DNA from: Flavobacteriaceae bacterium
GTDB taxonomy: Bacteria; Bacteroidota; Bacteroidia; Flavobacteriales; Flavobacteriaceae
Reading direction: 5' to 3'
Assembly (NCBI GenBank): GCA_020435965.1
Contig: JAGQYS010000010.1
Span: forward strand, 12,687-76,686
Length of the DNA stretch: 64,000 nucleotides
In this document: piece after piece, positions 19,875 through 28,578 of the stretch
Position numbering within the stretch: the first letter of the stretch is position 1
Layout: each line of letters starts with the position of its first letter
Notes under the pieces: model-generated
What the model saw: only the letters and a program-made list of their open reading frames with translations
Told to the model about the DNA's origin: nothing
Databases searched by the model: none
Program-made: the position numbers and the translations under genes

Positions 19875-21143
19875 TTGTCAAACTACAAAACAGGTCTTGA
19901 TTACGCCAAAGAGCAAGATGAAAAAGACCCATTGGCATTGTATAGAAACAAATTCCACATTCCAAAAGATAATAACGGAAACGAACTTATTTATCTCTGT
20001 GGTAATTCTCTTGGACTACAACCAAAATCAACCAAAGACTATATAAATCAAGAACTTTTAGATTGGGCTAATCTAGGTGTTGAAGGTCATCTGGAAGCAA
20101 AAAACCCTTGGTTGCCTTATCATGAGTTTTTAGCTAAAAGCACAGCAAAATTAGTTGGCGCTAAGCCTATAGAAGTGGTTACTATGAATACCTTAACCAC
20201 CAATTTGCACTTAATGATGGTGTCGTTTTACCAACCAACTCCAGAACGTTACAAAATACTTATTGAGAGTGATGCTTTCCCTTCCGATAAATATGCTGTT
20301 GAATCCCAATTACGACACCATGGATTTGATGACAAAGAAGGATTAATTCTTTGGAAACCAAGACAAGGAGAAGAATTATTGCGTTATGAAGATTTGGAAC
20401 AGATTCTAGAGAATCAAGGCGACGAGATTGCATTGATTATGATAGGAGGCGTTAATTATTATACAGGACAATATTTCGATTTAAAACGAATCACGCAACT
20501 TGGGCATAAACATGGTTGTATGGTTGGTTTTGATTGTGCTCATGGCGCAGGAAATGTACAATTGAATCTTCATGATTCTGGAGCAGATTTTGCAGTATGG
20601 TGCACCTATAAATATTTAAATTCTGGACCAGGAAGTTTAAGTGGTTGCTTTGTACATGAACGTCATGCACATAACAAAGATCTTAACCGATTTACAGGTT
20701 GGTGGAGTCATAACAAGCAAACGCGCTTTAATATGAGACATGAATTTGATGTGCTACCAGGAGCCGAAGGTTGGCAATTGAGCAATCCTCCTATCCTATC
20801 TATGGCTGCTATAAAAGCATCATTGGATATGTTTAATGAAGTTGGTATTGAAAAGCTAACAGAAAAATCTAAAAAACTAACTGGTTATTTTGAGTTTCTG
20901 TTAAAGCAATTAGGTGAAGATATGATTAGAATAATTACTCCTGAAAATCCAAATGAACGTGGTTGTCAACTTTCCATACAAGTAAAAAGTGCCAATAAAG
21001 CATTACACAATAAATTAACTGAAGCTGGTGTGATTAGTGATTGGAGAGAACCTGATGTAATACGTTGCTCTCCTGTTCCTTTGTACAACAGTTTTGAAGA
21101 TGTTTTCAGAATGGTTGAAAAATTAAAGGAAATAGTAAACTAA
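19875..21143 (+). CDS. kynU: Kynureninase
   Basis: 422 aa; N-terminus ...DPLALYRNKFHIP, PLP region CTYKYLNSGPGS, overall kynureninase layout. TTG start; no in-frame ATG before the conserved N-terminus. Confidence 0.92.
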   Translation: MSNYKTGLDYAKEQDEKDPLALYRNKFHIPKDNNGNELIYLCGNSLGLQPKSTKDYINQELLDWANLGVEGHLEAKNPWLPYHEFLAKSTAKLVGAKPIEVVTMNTLTTNLHLMMVSFYQPTPERYKILIESDAFPSDKYAVESQLRHHGFDDKEGLILWKPRQGEELLRYEDLEQILENQGDEIALIMIGGVNYYTGQYFDLKRITQLGHKHGCMVGFDCAHGAGNVQLNLHDSGADFAVWCTYKYLNSGPGSLSGCFVHERHAHNKDLNRFTGWWSHNKQTRFNMRHEFDVLPGAEGWQLSNPPILSMAAIKASLDMFNEVGIEKLTEKSKKLTGYFEFLLKQLGEDMIRIITPENPNERGCQLSIQVKSANKALHNKLTEAGVISDWREPDVIRCSPVPLYNSFEDVFRMVEKLKEIVN

Positions 21144-21145
21144 GT

Positions 21146-21244
21146 TGTCATTCCGCACTGTCCCACTGAGCGCAGTCGAAGTGTGATGCGGAATCCATTA
21201 TAATTAAAAACTAAAAGTAGATTCCTGCCTTCGCAGGAATGACA
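21146..21244. repeat. REP/MITE-like palindromic element (TGTCATTCC...GGAATGACA termini)
   Basis: tgtcattccgca...gagcgcagtcga...tgcggaatcc...gattcctgccttcgcaggaatgaca: terminal inverted repeats plus two internal hairpins. Fills the whole kynU-kmo spacer. Confidence 0.85.
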
Positions 21245-22648
21245 AAAATGAAAGAAAAAAAACAAAACATACTCATCATTGGTGCAGGACTTTGCGGAAG
21301 CTTACTAGCACTTCGTTTAGGGCAAAGAGGCTATAATGTAACCGTTTACGAAATGCGTCCAGACCTAAGGAAAGTAGACATTTCTGCTGGACGTTCTATC
21401 AACTTAGCGTTTTCAGATAGAGGCATTAAGGCTATGAAACTTGTTGGCATTCAAGACAAAGTAAAAGCGCTTTGCATACCTATGAATGGTCGTATGCTAC
21501 ATGATAAAGATGGCAATACATTTCTTTCAAATTATAGTGGACGAGACCATGAATATATCAATTCAATATCGAGAGGAGGTTTAAATGCTCTATTATTGGA
21601 TGAAGCCGAAAAACATAAAAATGTAAAGATTCATTTTAATAGAAAATGTAAGTCGGTTGATTTTGAAAAAACCACAGCCTTATTTAAGGATTATGATGGC
21701 AATTCAGAATTTGTTGAAGATGCAGATGTAATTATTGCTACAGATGGAGCAGGATCAGCAATGCGCAAAAGTTATTTTTTAAGCAAAAAATTCTTGTTTA
21801 GTTTTTCACAAGATTGGCTTACTCATGGTTATAAAGAGTTGAGCATATTACCAACAAAAGATGGAGATTATAAAACGTATAAAAACGCTTTACATATTTG
21901 GCCTCGTGGCGATTTTATGCTCATAGCATTACCTAATTTAGATGGTAGTTTTACAGTTACTTTATTTTTACATCATAGTGAAGGTGAATACAATTTTAGT
22001 AATTTAACCACACCTGAGATTGTCACTAAATTTTTCCAAAAAGAATTTCCAGATGCACTGGAACTCATGCCAAATCTGGTTGACGATTTCTTTGAGAATC
22101 CAACAGCAGCACTAGGCACTGTAAAATGTTCTCCTTGGCATTATAAAGGCAACACATTGTTAATGGGAGATGCTGCACATGCCATCGTTCCTTTTTATGG
22201 ACAAGGTATGAATGCCTCATTTGAAGATGTGGTTGAATTTGACAAAGTTCTTGACCAGAACCTCGATAATTGGAAAGCCATTTTTACAGCTTATGAAAAG
22301 TCACGTAAAAAAGATACTGATGCCATTGCAGATTTAGCAATTGACAACTTTCATGAAATGAAAGACCATGTAGCCAACCCAATATTTCAGAAAAAGCGTA
22401 AATTAGAAATGGCCTTAGAGAAACATTTTCCTGATGACTATTCTTCTAAATATTCATTAGTAACGTTTAATGAAGATATAAACTACAGAGCGGCAATGCT
22501 AAGAGGTCGTGCACAAGATAAAGCCATATTAAACATGCTTTCAGATGGTGAAATTGATCTTAAAGGTGATTTAAAAAGCATATTAGAAAAAGTAAAACAT
22601 GAAACCGAGGCCATTCTACAAGACGATAGAATTGCTGGATTAAAATAA
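21239..22648 (+). CDS. kmo: Kynurenine 3-monooxygenase
   Basis: 469 aa; FAD fold ILIIGAGLCGSLLALRL, GDAAHAIVPFYGQGMN motif. ATG 21239 lies inside the repeat terminus; ATG 21248 (MKEKKQN) is an alternative start. Confidence 0.9.
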   Translation: MTKMKEKKQNILIIGAGLCGSLLALRLGQRGYNVTVYEMRPDLRKVDISAGRSINLAFSDRGIKAMKLVGIQDKVKALCIPMNGRMLHDKDGNTFLSNYSGRDHEYINSISRGGLNALLLDEAEKHKNVKIHFNRKCKSVDFEKTTALFKDYDGNSEFVEDADVIIATDGAGSAMRKSYFLSKKFLFSFSQDWLTHGYKELSILPTKDGDYKTYKNALHIWPRGDFMLIALPNLDGSFTVTLFLHHSEGEYNFSNLTTPEIVTKFFQKEFPDALELMPNLVDDFFENPTAALGTVKCSPWHYKGNTLLMGDAAHAIVPFYGQGMNASFEDVVEFDKVLDQNLDNWKAIFTAYEKSRKKDTDAIADLAIDNFHEMKDHVANPIFQKKRKLEMALEKHFPDDYSSKYSLVTFNEDINYRAAMLRGRAQDKAILNMLSDGEIDLKGDLKSILEKVKHETEAILQDDRIAGLK

Positions 22649-22654
22649 CCAACT

Positions 22655-23059
22655 ATGAGTGAAAAAACAGTAACACCTAGAGGCGCTTATCCACACACAA
22701 AACGTGCTGGCGATTTTATTTTTGTGTCAGGCACAAGTTCACGTCGTGCAGACAATACCATTGCAGGAGTTGATATTATTGACGAAATGGGAACAAAACG
22801 CCTGAATATTGAAGTACAAACCAGAGAAGTACTTCAAAACATAGAAAAAAACCTCATAAAAGTAGGTGCATCAATGAAAGACGTAGTTGATGTAACTTCC
22901 TTTTTAGTGAATATGAATGACTTTGCTGGCTACAATAAAGCCTATGCAGAATTTTTTAATGCCGAAACAGGACCAGCTCGAACTACTGTTGCAGTACACC
23001 AACTTCCACATCCTGATTTGGTGGTTGAAATTAAGGTAATGGCATACAAACCACAATAA
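22655..23059 (+). CDS. RidA/YjgF-family enamine/imine deaminase (candidate 2-aminomuconate deaminase)
   Basis: 134 aa; YjgF/RidA pattern ([11 protein letters not shown]...[12 protein letters not shown]...VEIKVMA). The deaminase role is inferred from context only. Confidence 0.85.
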   Translation: MSEKTVTPRGAYPHTKRAGDFIFVSGTSSRRADNTIAGVDIIDEMGTKRLNIEVQTREVLQNIEKNLIKVGASMKDVVDVTSFLVNMNDFAGYNKAYAEFFNAETGPARTTVAVHQLPHPDLVVEIKVMAYKPQ

Positions 23060-23067
23060 AAATAGTC

Positions 23068-23142
23068 TGTCATTCCGACAGAGCGCAGCGACGAGGAATC
23101 TCATCATTGGATTTCTCAATTGTTCCTCATGTTGAAATGACA
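23068..23142. repeat. REP/MITE-like palindromic element, same family as 47715-47792
   Basis: tgtcattccgacagagcgcagcgacgaggaatctc...atttctcaattgttcctcatgttgaaatgaca; termini TGTCAT/ATGACA; shares the right half almost verbatim with the element at 47715. Confidence 0.85.
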
Positions 23143-23222
23143 ATACTTAATATTAAAATTACCTATATTTAGATAACCAACCTCAAACCAACCTTAGCTT
23201 AATCACTTTTTAATTATAAACT

Positions 23223-24005
23223 GTGATTAAATTTTTCCGTAATATTCGAAAGCAACTTCTTGGAGAAGGAAAAACTTCCAAATACTTTAAATACGCTGTT
23301 GGTGAAATACAATTAGTAGTTATAGGAATCCTTATTGCGCTTCAAATTAATAATTGGAACGAAAACAGAAAATTAGAAAGTAGCAAACACAAGCTATTGT
23401 TAGCCTTAAAAAAGGAATTGGTTAATAATAAAAATGCAATGGATGATTATCTACTTGAGATGCATAAGAGCAATGCCAAATTTAATAAAGTGCTTCTTTA
23501 TTCAGTTGGACAATATAATATCCCAACCGATAGCTTAAAATACTATCTTTCTAATATGGTCTACGGAAGAACATTATCTCTATTAAACTCAGTACAGGAA
23601 GAAGCTATTAATTCTGGTAAATTTGAACTGTTAAACGATAGCCTAAAACAAACTCTTTCTCAACTAAAAGATTATACCAATTCAAGAAATTATGTTCAAG
23701 AACAAGGTATAGATATGTATTATTTTAAAAGTGACAAACAGACAGATAAGTTAATTAATAGTTTATACATGTCTCCAGTTGTGCCTGATGAATTATCAAA
23801 TCATCCATTAATCCCTACACATCCTGATTTAATATTAAGCAATAGTGAATTATCGGTTTTACTTAAAGATGCTGATACTTATTTAACATTAAATAAAATA
23901 TACCTAACACATATAGCTGACGAAGTTTGGGTTAAACATGGTCTTTTTAGAATTACAAACAATACAATTGAATTGATTAAAAAAGAACTGAATGCTTATG
24001 ATTAA
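23223..24005 (+). CDS. MIKFF...NNWNE family single-pass membrane protein, copy 1 (unknown function)
   Basis: 260 aa; GTG start; VIKFFRNIRKQLLGEGKTSKYFKYAVGEIQLVVIGILIALQINNWNE anchor module, divergent C-terminal domain. Confidence 0.8.
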   Translation: MIKFFRNIRKQLLGEGKTSKYFKYAVGEIQLVVIGILIALQINNWNENRKLESSKHKLLLALKKELVNNKNAMDDYLLEMHKSNAKFNKVLLYSVGQYNIPTDSLKYYLSNMVYGRTLSLLNSVQEEAINSGKFELLNDSLKQTLSQLKDYTNSRNYVQEQGIDMYYFKSDKQTDKLINSLYMSPVVPDELSNHPLIPTHPDLILSNSELSVLLKDADTYLTLNKIYLTHIADEVWVKHGLFRITNNTIELIKKELNAYD

Positions 24006-24702
24006 GTTTTTTAGAAAAATACGTCACGGACTCATGAATGAAAACAAAATGGGAAAATACTTTAAATATGCTATTGGTGAGATTCTTCTGGTAGTTATAG
24101 GTATCCTCATTGCATTAGGCGTTAACAATTGGAACGAAAAAAGAAAAGAAAAAAACAAAGAAGTTGTTTACTTAAATAGGTTAATGTCCAATTTAAGTTA
24201 TGATGTGTCATTGTACAAACAAATCATGCAAAGAGATTCCTTATTATTGGAAAGCATGACAAACTTAGAGGATGGGCTCACATCTAATGTTCTTTTGGAT
24301 AAAGAAAACATAACAGAATTAGTAACTGGTTATAGATTTACTTCCAACAAAACTACTATTGACAATTTAATATCCTCTGGACAAATTGAAGTACTAAGAA
24401 GTCATTATTTAGTGGAAAAAATATTCATGTACTACAGAACTGTGGAAAACATAGATAATGGAACTGACGAGGCTATATCCAATAATAATCGAAATACATT
24501 TGGACCCTTAATAATTAATTCAGGATATTTTAAAAATTCAGAAATTGATTTATACACATTAAAAAAGGATACTTCATTATTAACATCTATACGATTTAAA
24601 AAATTTTTGCTAGATAATCAATTAAAATTATACAATGGTCAGTATCAATTAGCACAAGAGCTTATTGAAGACATTAGAAATGAACTAAATTATATAGATT
24701 AA
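23998..24702 (+). CDS. MIKFF...NNWNE family single-pass membrane protein, copy 2
   Basis: Track ORF starts at 23992 (MLM...). The family-conserved MIKFFRKIRHGL start is ATG 23998, whose ATGATTAA contains the stop (TAA 24003-24005) of copy 1. Confidence 0.8.
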   Translation: MIKFFRKIRHGLMNENKMGKYFKYAIGEILLVVIGILIALGVNNWNEKRKEKNKEVVYLNRLMSNLSYDVSLYKQIMQRDSLLLESMTNLEDGLTSNVLLDKENITELVTGYRFTSNKTTIDNLISSGQIEVLRSHYLVEKIFMYYRTVENIDNGTDEAISNNNRNTFGPLIINSGYFKNSEIDLYTLKKDTSLLTSIRFKKFLLDNQLKLYNGQYQLAQELIEDIRNELNYID

Positions 24703-25436
24703 TGATTAAATTCTTACGTCATTTCCGCAAAACACTAATCTCAGAAAACAAAATGGGTAAATACTTCAAATACGCTATTGGTGAAATTCTATTAGTAGTT
24801 ATAGGAATTCTTATTGCATTACAAATTAATAATTGGAACGAACAACGTAAAGCAGAAAAATTAGGTCAAGATTATTTAAAAGGCATTAAAAGTGACCTTA
24901 CTAAAGATTTTGTATTGCTCGACTCAATTCTAAAAGGATACAGTAATGATATTAGTCTTATTAATTCAATTGATAATGAGTTTGAAAAACCCATTTATGA
25001 AATTAACCCTAAGTATAAACAGGTCTTAATTGAACCTGACACCAGTAGAACAAAACACTTGTTTTATAGAGGGATTTCTTTTAGACCAATACAAGCAACT
25101 TATAGTTCTTTGGTGGCAGATGGTAAATCCAGTCTAATAAAAAACCGTGATCTTTTTGAAGTCATTCAAGAGATTTACGATGAACGCCACAACCGCATTG
25201 AAAGTGTTTATGAATCCTTTAAAGCTAGTGAAAATCGCATTCATTGGAACTATGCTTACGAAAAGAAAAACTGGAACTATACAGATTTATTAAACTCTAA
25301 AAACGACAAAATATTTTTAGACCTATTTAATTTCACCGAAATTAAATACTTCTATAGTCAACATTTACTAAACCTCAGAAAAAAAATGACAGAAGTTATT
25401 ACTTTAATTGATAAAGAAATAAACCAAATTAAATGA
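24702..25436 (+). CDS. MIKFF...NNWNE family single-pass membrane protein, copy 3
   Basis: 244 aa; MIKFLRHFRKTLISENKMGKYFKYAIGEILLVVIGILIALQINNWNE; TAATG overlap with copy 2. Confidence 0.8.
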   Translation: MIKFLRHFRKTLISENKMGKYFKYAIGEILLVVIGILIALQINNWNEQRKAEKLGQDYLKGIKSDLTKDFVLLDSILKGYSNDISLINSIDNEFEKPIYEINPKYKQVLIEPDTSRTKHLFYRGISFRPIQATYSSLVADGKSSLIKNRDLFEVIQEIYDERHNRIESVYESFKASENRIHWNYAYEKKNWNYTDLLNSKNDKIFLDLFNFTEIKYFYSQHLLNLRKKMTEVITLIDKEINQIK

Positions 25437-26227
25437 TTAAATTCTTCCGTCATATTAGAAAATCGTTAATCGAAAAGAACAAAATGGGAAAGTACTTTAA
25501 ATACGCTATTGGTGAAATCATTTTGGTAGTTATCGGAATTTTAATTGCCTTAGGTATTAATAACTGGAATGAAAATAGAAAACAAAAGCTTGAAGAAAAA
25601 ATTATATTAGCTCAATTACATACCGAGTTTAACAGCAACCTTAAACAATTAAATCAAAAAATTGAACTAAAAAAAGAAATCATTAATTCGGCTTTAAAAC
25701 TATTTAAATATATAGATTTTGAAGAACTTAGAAACAAAGATAGTATCGATTATTATTTAGCCAGAACCATCCCATACACAACATTCGATCCAATTGTAAA
25801 CGAAATAACACTGTCCAATCAATTAAACCTATTACAAAATGACAGTTTAAAACAAAAACTTACTTATTGGACTTCTGAATTAGCCGATAATAGAGAAGAT
25901 GAATTAACTTGGAAATACTACCGTGAAAATAAATACATTCCATTTTTAGTAGAACATTACCAACTTAGAACCATTAGAAATCTTGCCAATCAATCAAATT
26001 TATTAGAAAAATATTTAATCGAAGAAAACACTTCTAACATTGTTGCTAAAATTGGAAAATCGAAGTATGAAGAAAATTATAATACATTATTAAATCTGCC
26101 AAATTTTGAGGATCACATAGAAAGATGTGTCACACAAAATAGGCATTCGCTTAATCAATCGTTAATTTTAAGAAAAAAAATAATGCAAATTATTGGTATC
26201 TTGGATCATGAAATCAAGCATCGATAA
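25433..26227 (+). CDS. MIKFF...NNWNE family single-pass membrane protein, copy 4 (full-length paralogue of copy 8)
   Basis: 264 aa; ATGA overlap with copy 3. The C-terminal domain aligns along its whole length with the 50076-50879 product. Confidence 0.8.
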   Translation: MIKFFRHIRKSLIEKNKMGKYFKYAIGEIILVVIGILIALGINNWNENRKQKLEEKIILAQLHTEFNSNLKQLNQKIELKKEIINSALKLFKYIDFEELRNKDSIDYYLARTIPYTTFDPIVNEITLSNQLNLLQNDSLKQKLTYWTSELADNREDELTWKYYRENKYIPFLVEHYQLRTIRNLANQSNLLEKYLIEENTSNIVAKIGKSKYEENYNTLLNLPNFEDHIERCVTQNRHSLNQSLILRKKIMQIIGILDHEIKHR

Positions 26228-26234
26228 ATTAAAG

Positions 26235-27674
26235 ATGAACATCCAAAACTATATAAACGGAAATTTCTACAACCCAATACAAGATAATTGGTTAGATAAC
26301 TACAACCCTTCAAACGGAGAAGTTTATGGCAAAATTCCTAATTCATCCAAAGAAGATGTAGAAAATGCTTACATCGCAGCAAAATCTGCTTTTCCAAGTT
26401 GGAGTCAAACCACTTTAGATGAACGCAGCAGAATCTTGCTCAAAATTTCTGAGCTCATCGAAACTAATCTTGACAGATTAGCTGAAGCAGAAAGCAAAGA
26501 CAATGGCAAACCCATTTGGCTAGCCAAAGCAGTAGATATACCAAGAGCATCTAGCAATTTTCGTTTTTTTGCTAACGCCACAACGCAATTTGCGAGTGAA
26601 AGCCACGAAAGTGTTGGTCATGATGCTATAAATTACACTCTGCGTCAACCTATTGGAGTTGTGGGCTGTATTAGCCCTTGGAACCTTCCACTCTATTTAT
26701 TTACTTGGAAAATCGCTCCAGCCATTGCAGCTGGAAACTGTGTAGTTGCCAAACCAAGTGAAGTCACACCAATGACAGCTTATTTGTTAAGCGAAATTTG
26801 CAATGAAGCAGGTTTACCAAAAGGTGTACTAAACATTGTTCATGGCTTAGGAACTACTGCAGGACAAGCTATTATAGAACATCCAGATATTAAAGCCATT
26901 TCTTTTACTGGAGGCACTGCGACTGGAGCACATATTGCTAAAGTAGCTGCACCTATGTTTAAAAAATTATCATTAGAACTAGGTGGTAAAAACCCAAACA
27001 TCATTTTTGATGATTGCGATTATGAAGATATGCTTAATACAACTATTCGCTCTTCCTTTGGTAATCAAGGTCAAATATGTTTATGTGGTAGTCGTATTTT
27101 TGTTCAAGATACTATTTACGAGCAGTTCAAAAAAGACTTTGTAAATGTAGTCAGCAAACAAAAAGTAGGTCATCCATCAGCTCGTGACACAAAAATTGGA
27201 GCCTTAGTATCAAAATCTCATCTGGAAAAAGTGTTGAGTTATGTAGATATAGCAAAAGATGAAGGTGGAAAAATATTATATGGTGGTAATCAGCTTACTA
27301 TTGAAGGTTATGAAAATGGTTATTATATGGAACCAACCATTATTGAAGTACCAACTGATGAATGTCGTGTAAACCAAGAAGAAATTTTTGGTCCAATTGT
27401 AAGTATCATGCCTTTTAAAACTGAAGATGAAGTGTTACAAATGGCAAACAAAGTGAAGTATGGATTATCAGCCACATTGTGGACGAACGATTTAAAACGA
27501 ACCATGCGCATGACCAATCAATTACAAGCAGGAATTGTTTGGGTAAACACGTGGCTAATGAGAGATTTACGTACACCTTTTGGAGGTGTAAAAGACTCTG
27601 GAGTTGGCCGTGAAGGTGGTTTTGAAGCTTTGCGCTTTTTTACAGAAGCAAAGAATGTTTGTATAAAGTATTAA
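26235..27674 (+). CDS. NAD-dependent aldehyde dehydrogenase, probable 2-aminomuconate-6-semialdehyde dehydrogenase
   Basis: Track ORF begins at 26193, but the ALDH-typical N-terminus (MNIQNYINGNF...) starts at ATG 26235. ELGGKNP and catalytic FGNQGQICLCGSR motifs. Pathway role inferred from neighbours. Confidence 0.82.
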   Translation: MNIQNYINGNFYNPIQDNWLDNYNPSNGEVYGKIPNSSKEDVENAYIAAKSAFPSWSQTTLDERSRILLKISELIETNLDRLAEAESKDNGKPIWLAKAVDIPRASSNFRFFANATTQFASESHESVGHDAINYTLRQPIGVVGCISPWNLPLYLFTWKIAPAIAAGNCVVAKPSEVTPMTAYLLSEICNEAGLPKGVLNIVHGLGTTAGQAIIEHPDIKAISFTGGTATGAHIAKVAAPMFKKLSLELGGKNPNIIFDDCDYEDMLNTTIRSSFGNQGQICLCGSRIFVQDTIYEQFKKDFVNVVSKQKVGHPSARDTKIGALVSKSHLEKVLSYVDIAKDEGGKILYGGNQLTIEGYENGYYMEPTIIEVPTDECRVNQEEIFGPIVSIMPFKTEDEVLQMANKVKYGLSATLWTNDLKRTMRMTNQLQAGIVWVNTWLMRDLRTPFGGVKDSGVGREGGFEALRFFTEAKNVCIKY

Positions 27675-27792
27675 AAGCCCACCCCAACCCTCTCAAAGGG
27701 AGGAAGTGTGCTAGAAACTAGAAAATAATGTATAATTAACTCTACTTTCCCGTTAGAGAGTTCCTCCCCTTTGGGGAGGTTAGGAGGGGCTT
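27675..27792. repeat. Palindromic intergenic element (AAGCCCACCCCAACC...GGTTAGGAGGGGCTT type)
   Basis: aagcccaccccaaccctctcaaagggagg ... cctcccctttggggaggttaggaggggctt: long imperfect inverted repeat filling the ALDH-SDR spacer. Confidence 0.8.
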
Positions 27793-27795
27793 ATT

Positions 27796-28578
27796 ATGAA
27801 TCTAAACTTAAACAATAAATACGCATTAGTCTGCGGAAGCACAGCAGGAATTGGTAAAGCAACAGCAATAGCTTTAGCAAGTGAAGGTGTACAAGTAACA
27901 CTAATTGCAAGAAACGAAGCTAAACTAAAAACAGTTTTAACAGAGTTGCCTCAACAGCGAAAACATAACTACATTGTTGCTGATTTCTCAAACCCAACAG
28001 AATTAAAACAAAAGGTATTAAATTATATAAACGAGAAGCATGGCTTTCATATTCTAGTAAATAATACTGGAGGACCAAAAGGAGGTCCTGTGTTTTCAGC
28101 TGAAATTGAAGAATTTGAATCTGCTTTTACACAGCATCTAAAATGCAACCATGTATTAGCACAAGCTGTAGTTCCGTTTATGAAAAGTGAAGGTTTTGGA
28201 AGAATTATTAATGTCATTTCAACCTCAGTAAAACAACCTTTAGATGGACTTGGTGTGAGCAACACCATTCGTGGTGCTGTAGCCAATTGGAGCAAAACCT
28301 TAGCTAATGAATTAGGTCAATTTGGAATTACAGTAAACAATGTACTTCCAGGAGCCACAGGAACTGAACGTTTAACAGAAATCATAAAAAATAAAAGTGC
28401 TAAAACTGGAAGTTCTGAAGATGAAGCTGCCAATGCCATGAAAAATGCAGTGCCAGCAAAACGTTTTGCTAAACCTGAAGAACTAGCTGATGCCATTACG
28501 TTTTTAGCAAGTGAACGCGCAGCATATATTAACGGAATTAACCTTCCTGTTGATGGCGGAAGAACAAAATCTTTGTAA
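27796..28578 (+). CDS. Short-chain dehydrogenase/reductase with atypical S-x3-R in place of the Y-x3-K catalytic pair
   Basis: 260 aa; cofactor motif CGSTAGIGKA, NNTGG, Ser in NVISTSV. A gapless alignment to FabG places S and R (GVSNTIRGAV) where Tyr151 and Lys155 sit. Confidence 0.82.
   Translation: MNLNLNNKYALVCGSTAGIGKATAIALASEGVQVTLIARNEAKLKTVLTELPQQRKHNYIVADFSNPTELKQKVLNYINEKHGFHILVNNTGGPKGGPVFSAEIEEFESAFTQHLKCNHVLAQAVVPFMKSEGFGRIINVISTSVKQPLDGLGVSNTIRGAVANWSKTLANELGQFGITVNNVLPGATGTERLTEIIKNKSAKTGSSEDEAANAMKNAVPAKRFAKPEELADAITFLASERAAYINGINLPVDGGRTKSL

Noticed and set aside
19807-20046. 79-aa + strand ORF overlapping the kynU start
   Set aside because: It is out of frame with kynureninase, whose N-terminus is family-typical from TTG 19875. 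It has no motif and an odd composition.
22904-23143. 79-aa minus-strand ORF spanning the ridA end and the repeat, and similar ORFs at 29124-29315, 47777-48007, 50003-50200 and 37662-37940
   Set aside because: They are composed of antisense gene ends plus repeat or spacer sequence, with no independent support.
23186-23202. Possible shared motif AACCAACC..AGCT upstream of the first gene of both arrays (23186-23202 and 46103-46119)
   Set aside because: Only 13 of 17 positions match, the sequence is low-complexity (the AACCAACC unit is itself repeated at 23175-23193), and the distances to the start codons differ. That is too weak to call.
23223-23370. Type IV pilin-like reading of the family anchor (GEI-x-LVVIGILIAL resembles pilin E5-LxVVxIIGILAA)
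   Set aside because: The resemblance is limited to the hydrophobic helix with a Glu. The residue that would be at -1 is Lys, not Gly. There is no G-F/M-T-L motif, and a 25-aa basic leader precedes the helix. I saw no prepilin peptidase or pilus assembly genes in the window. I treat it as a signal-anchor until shown otherwise.
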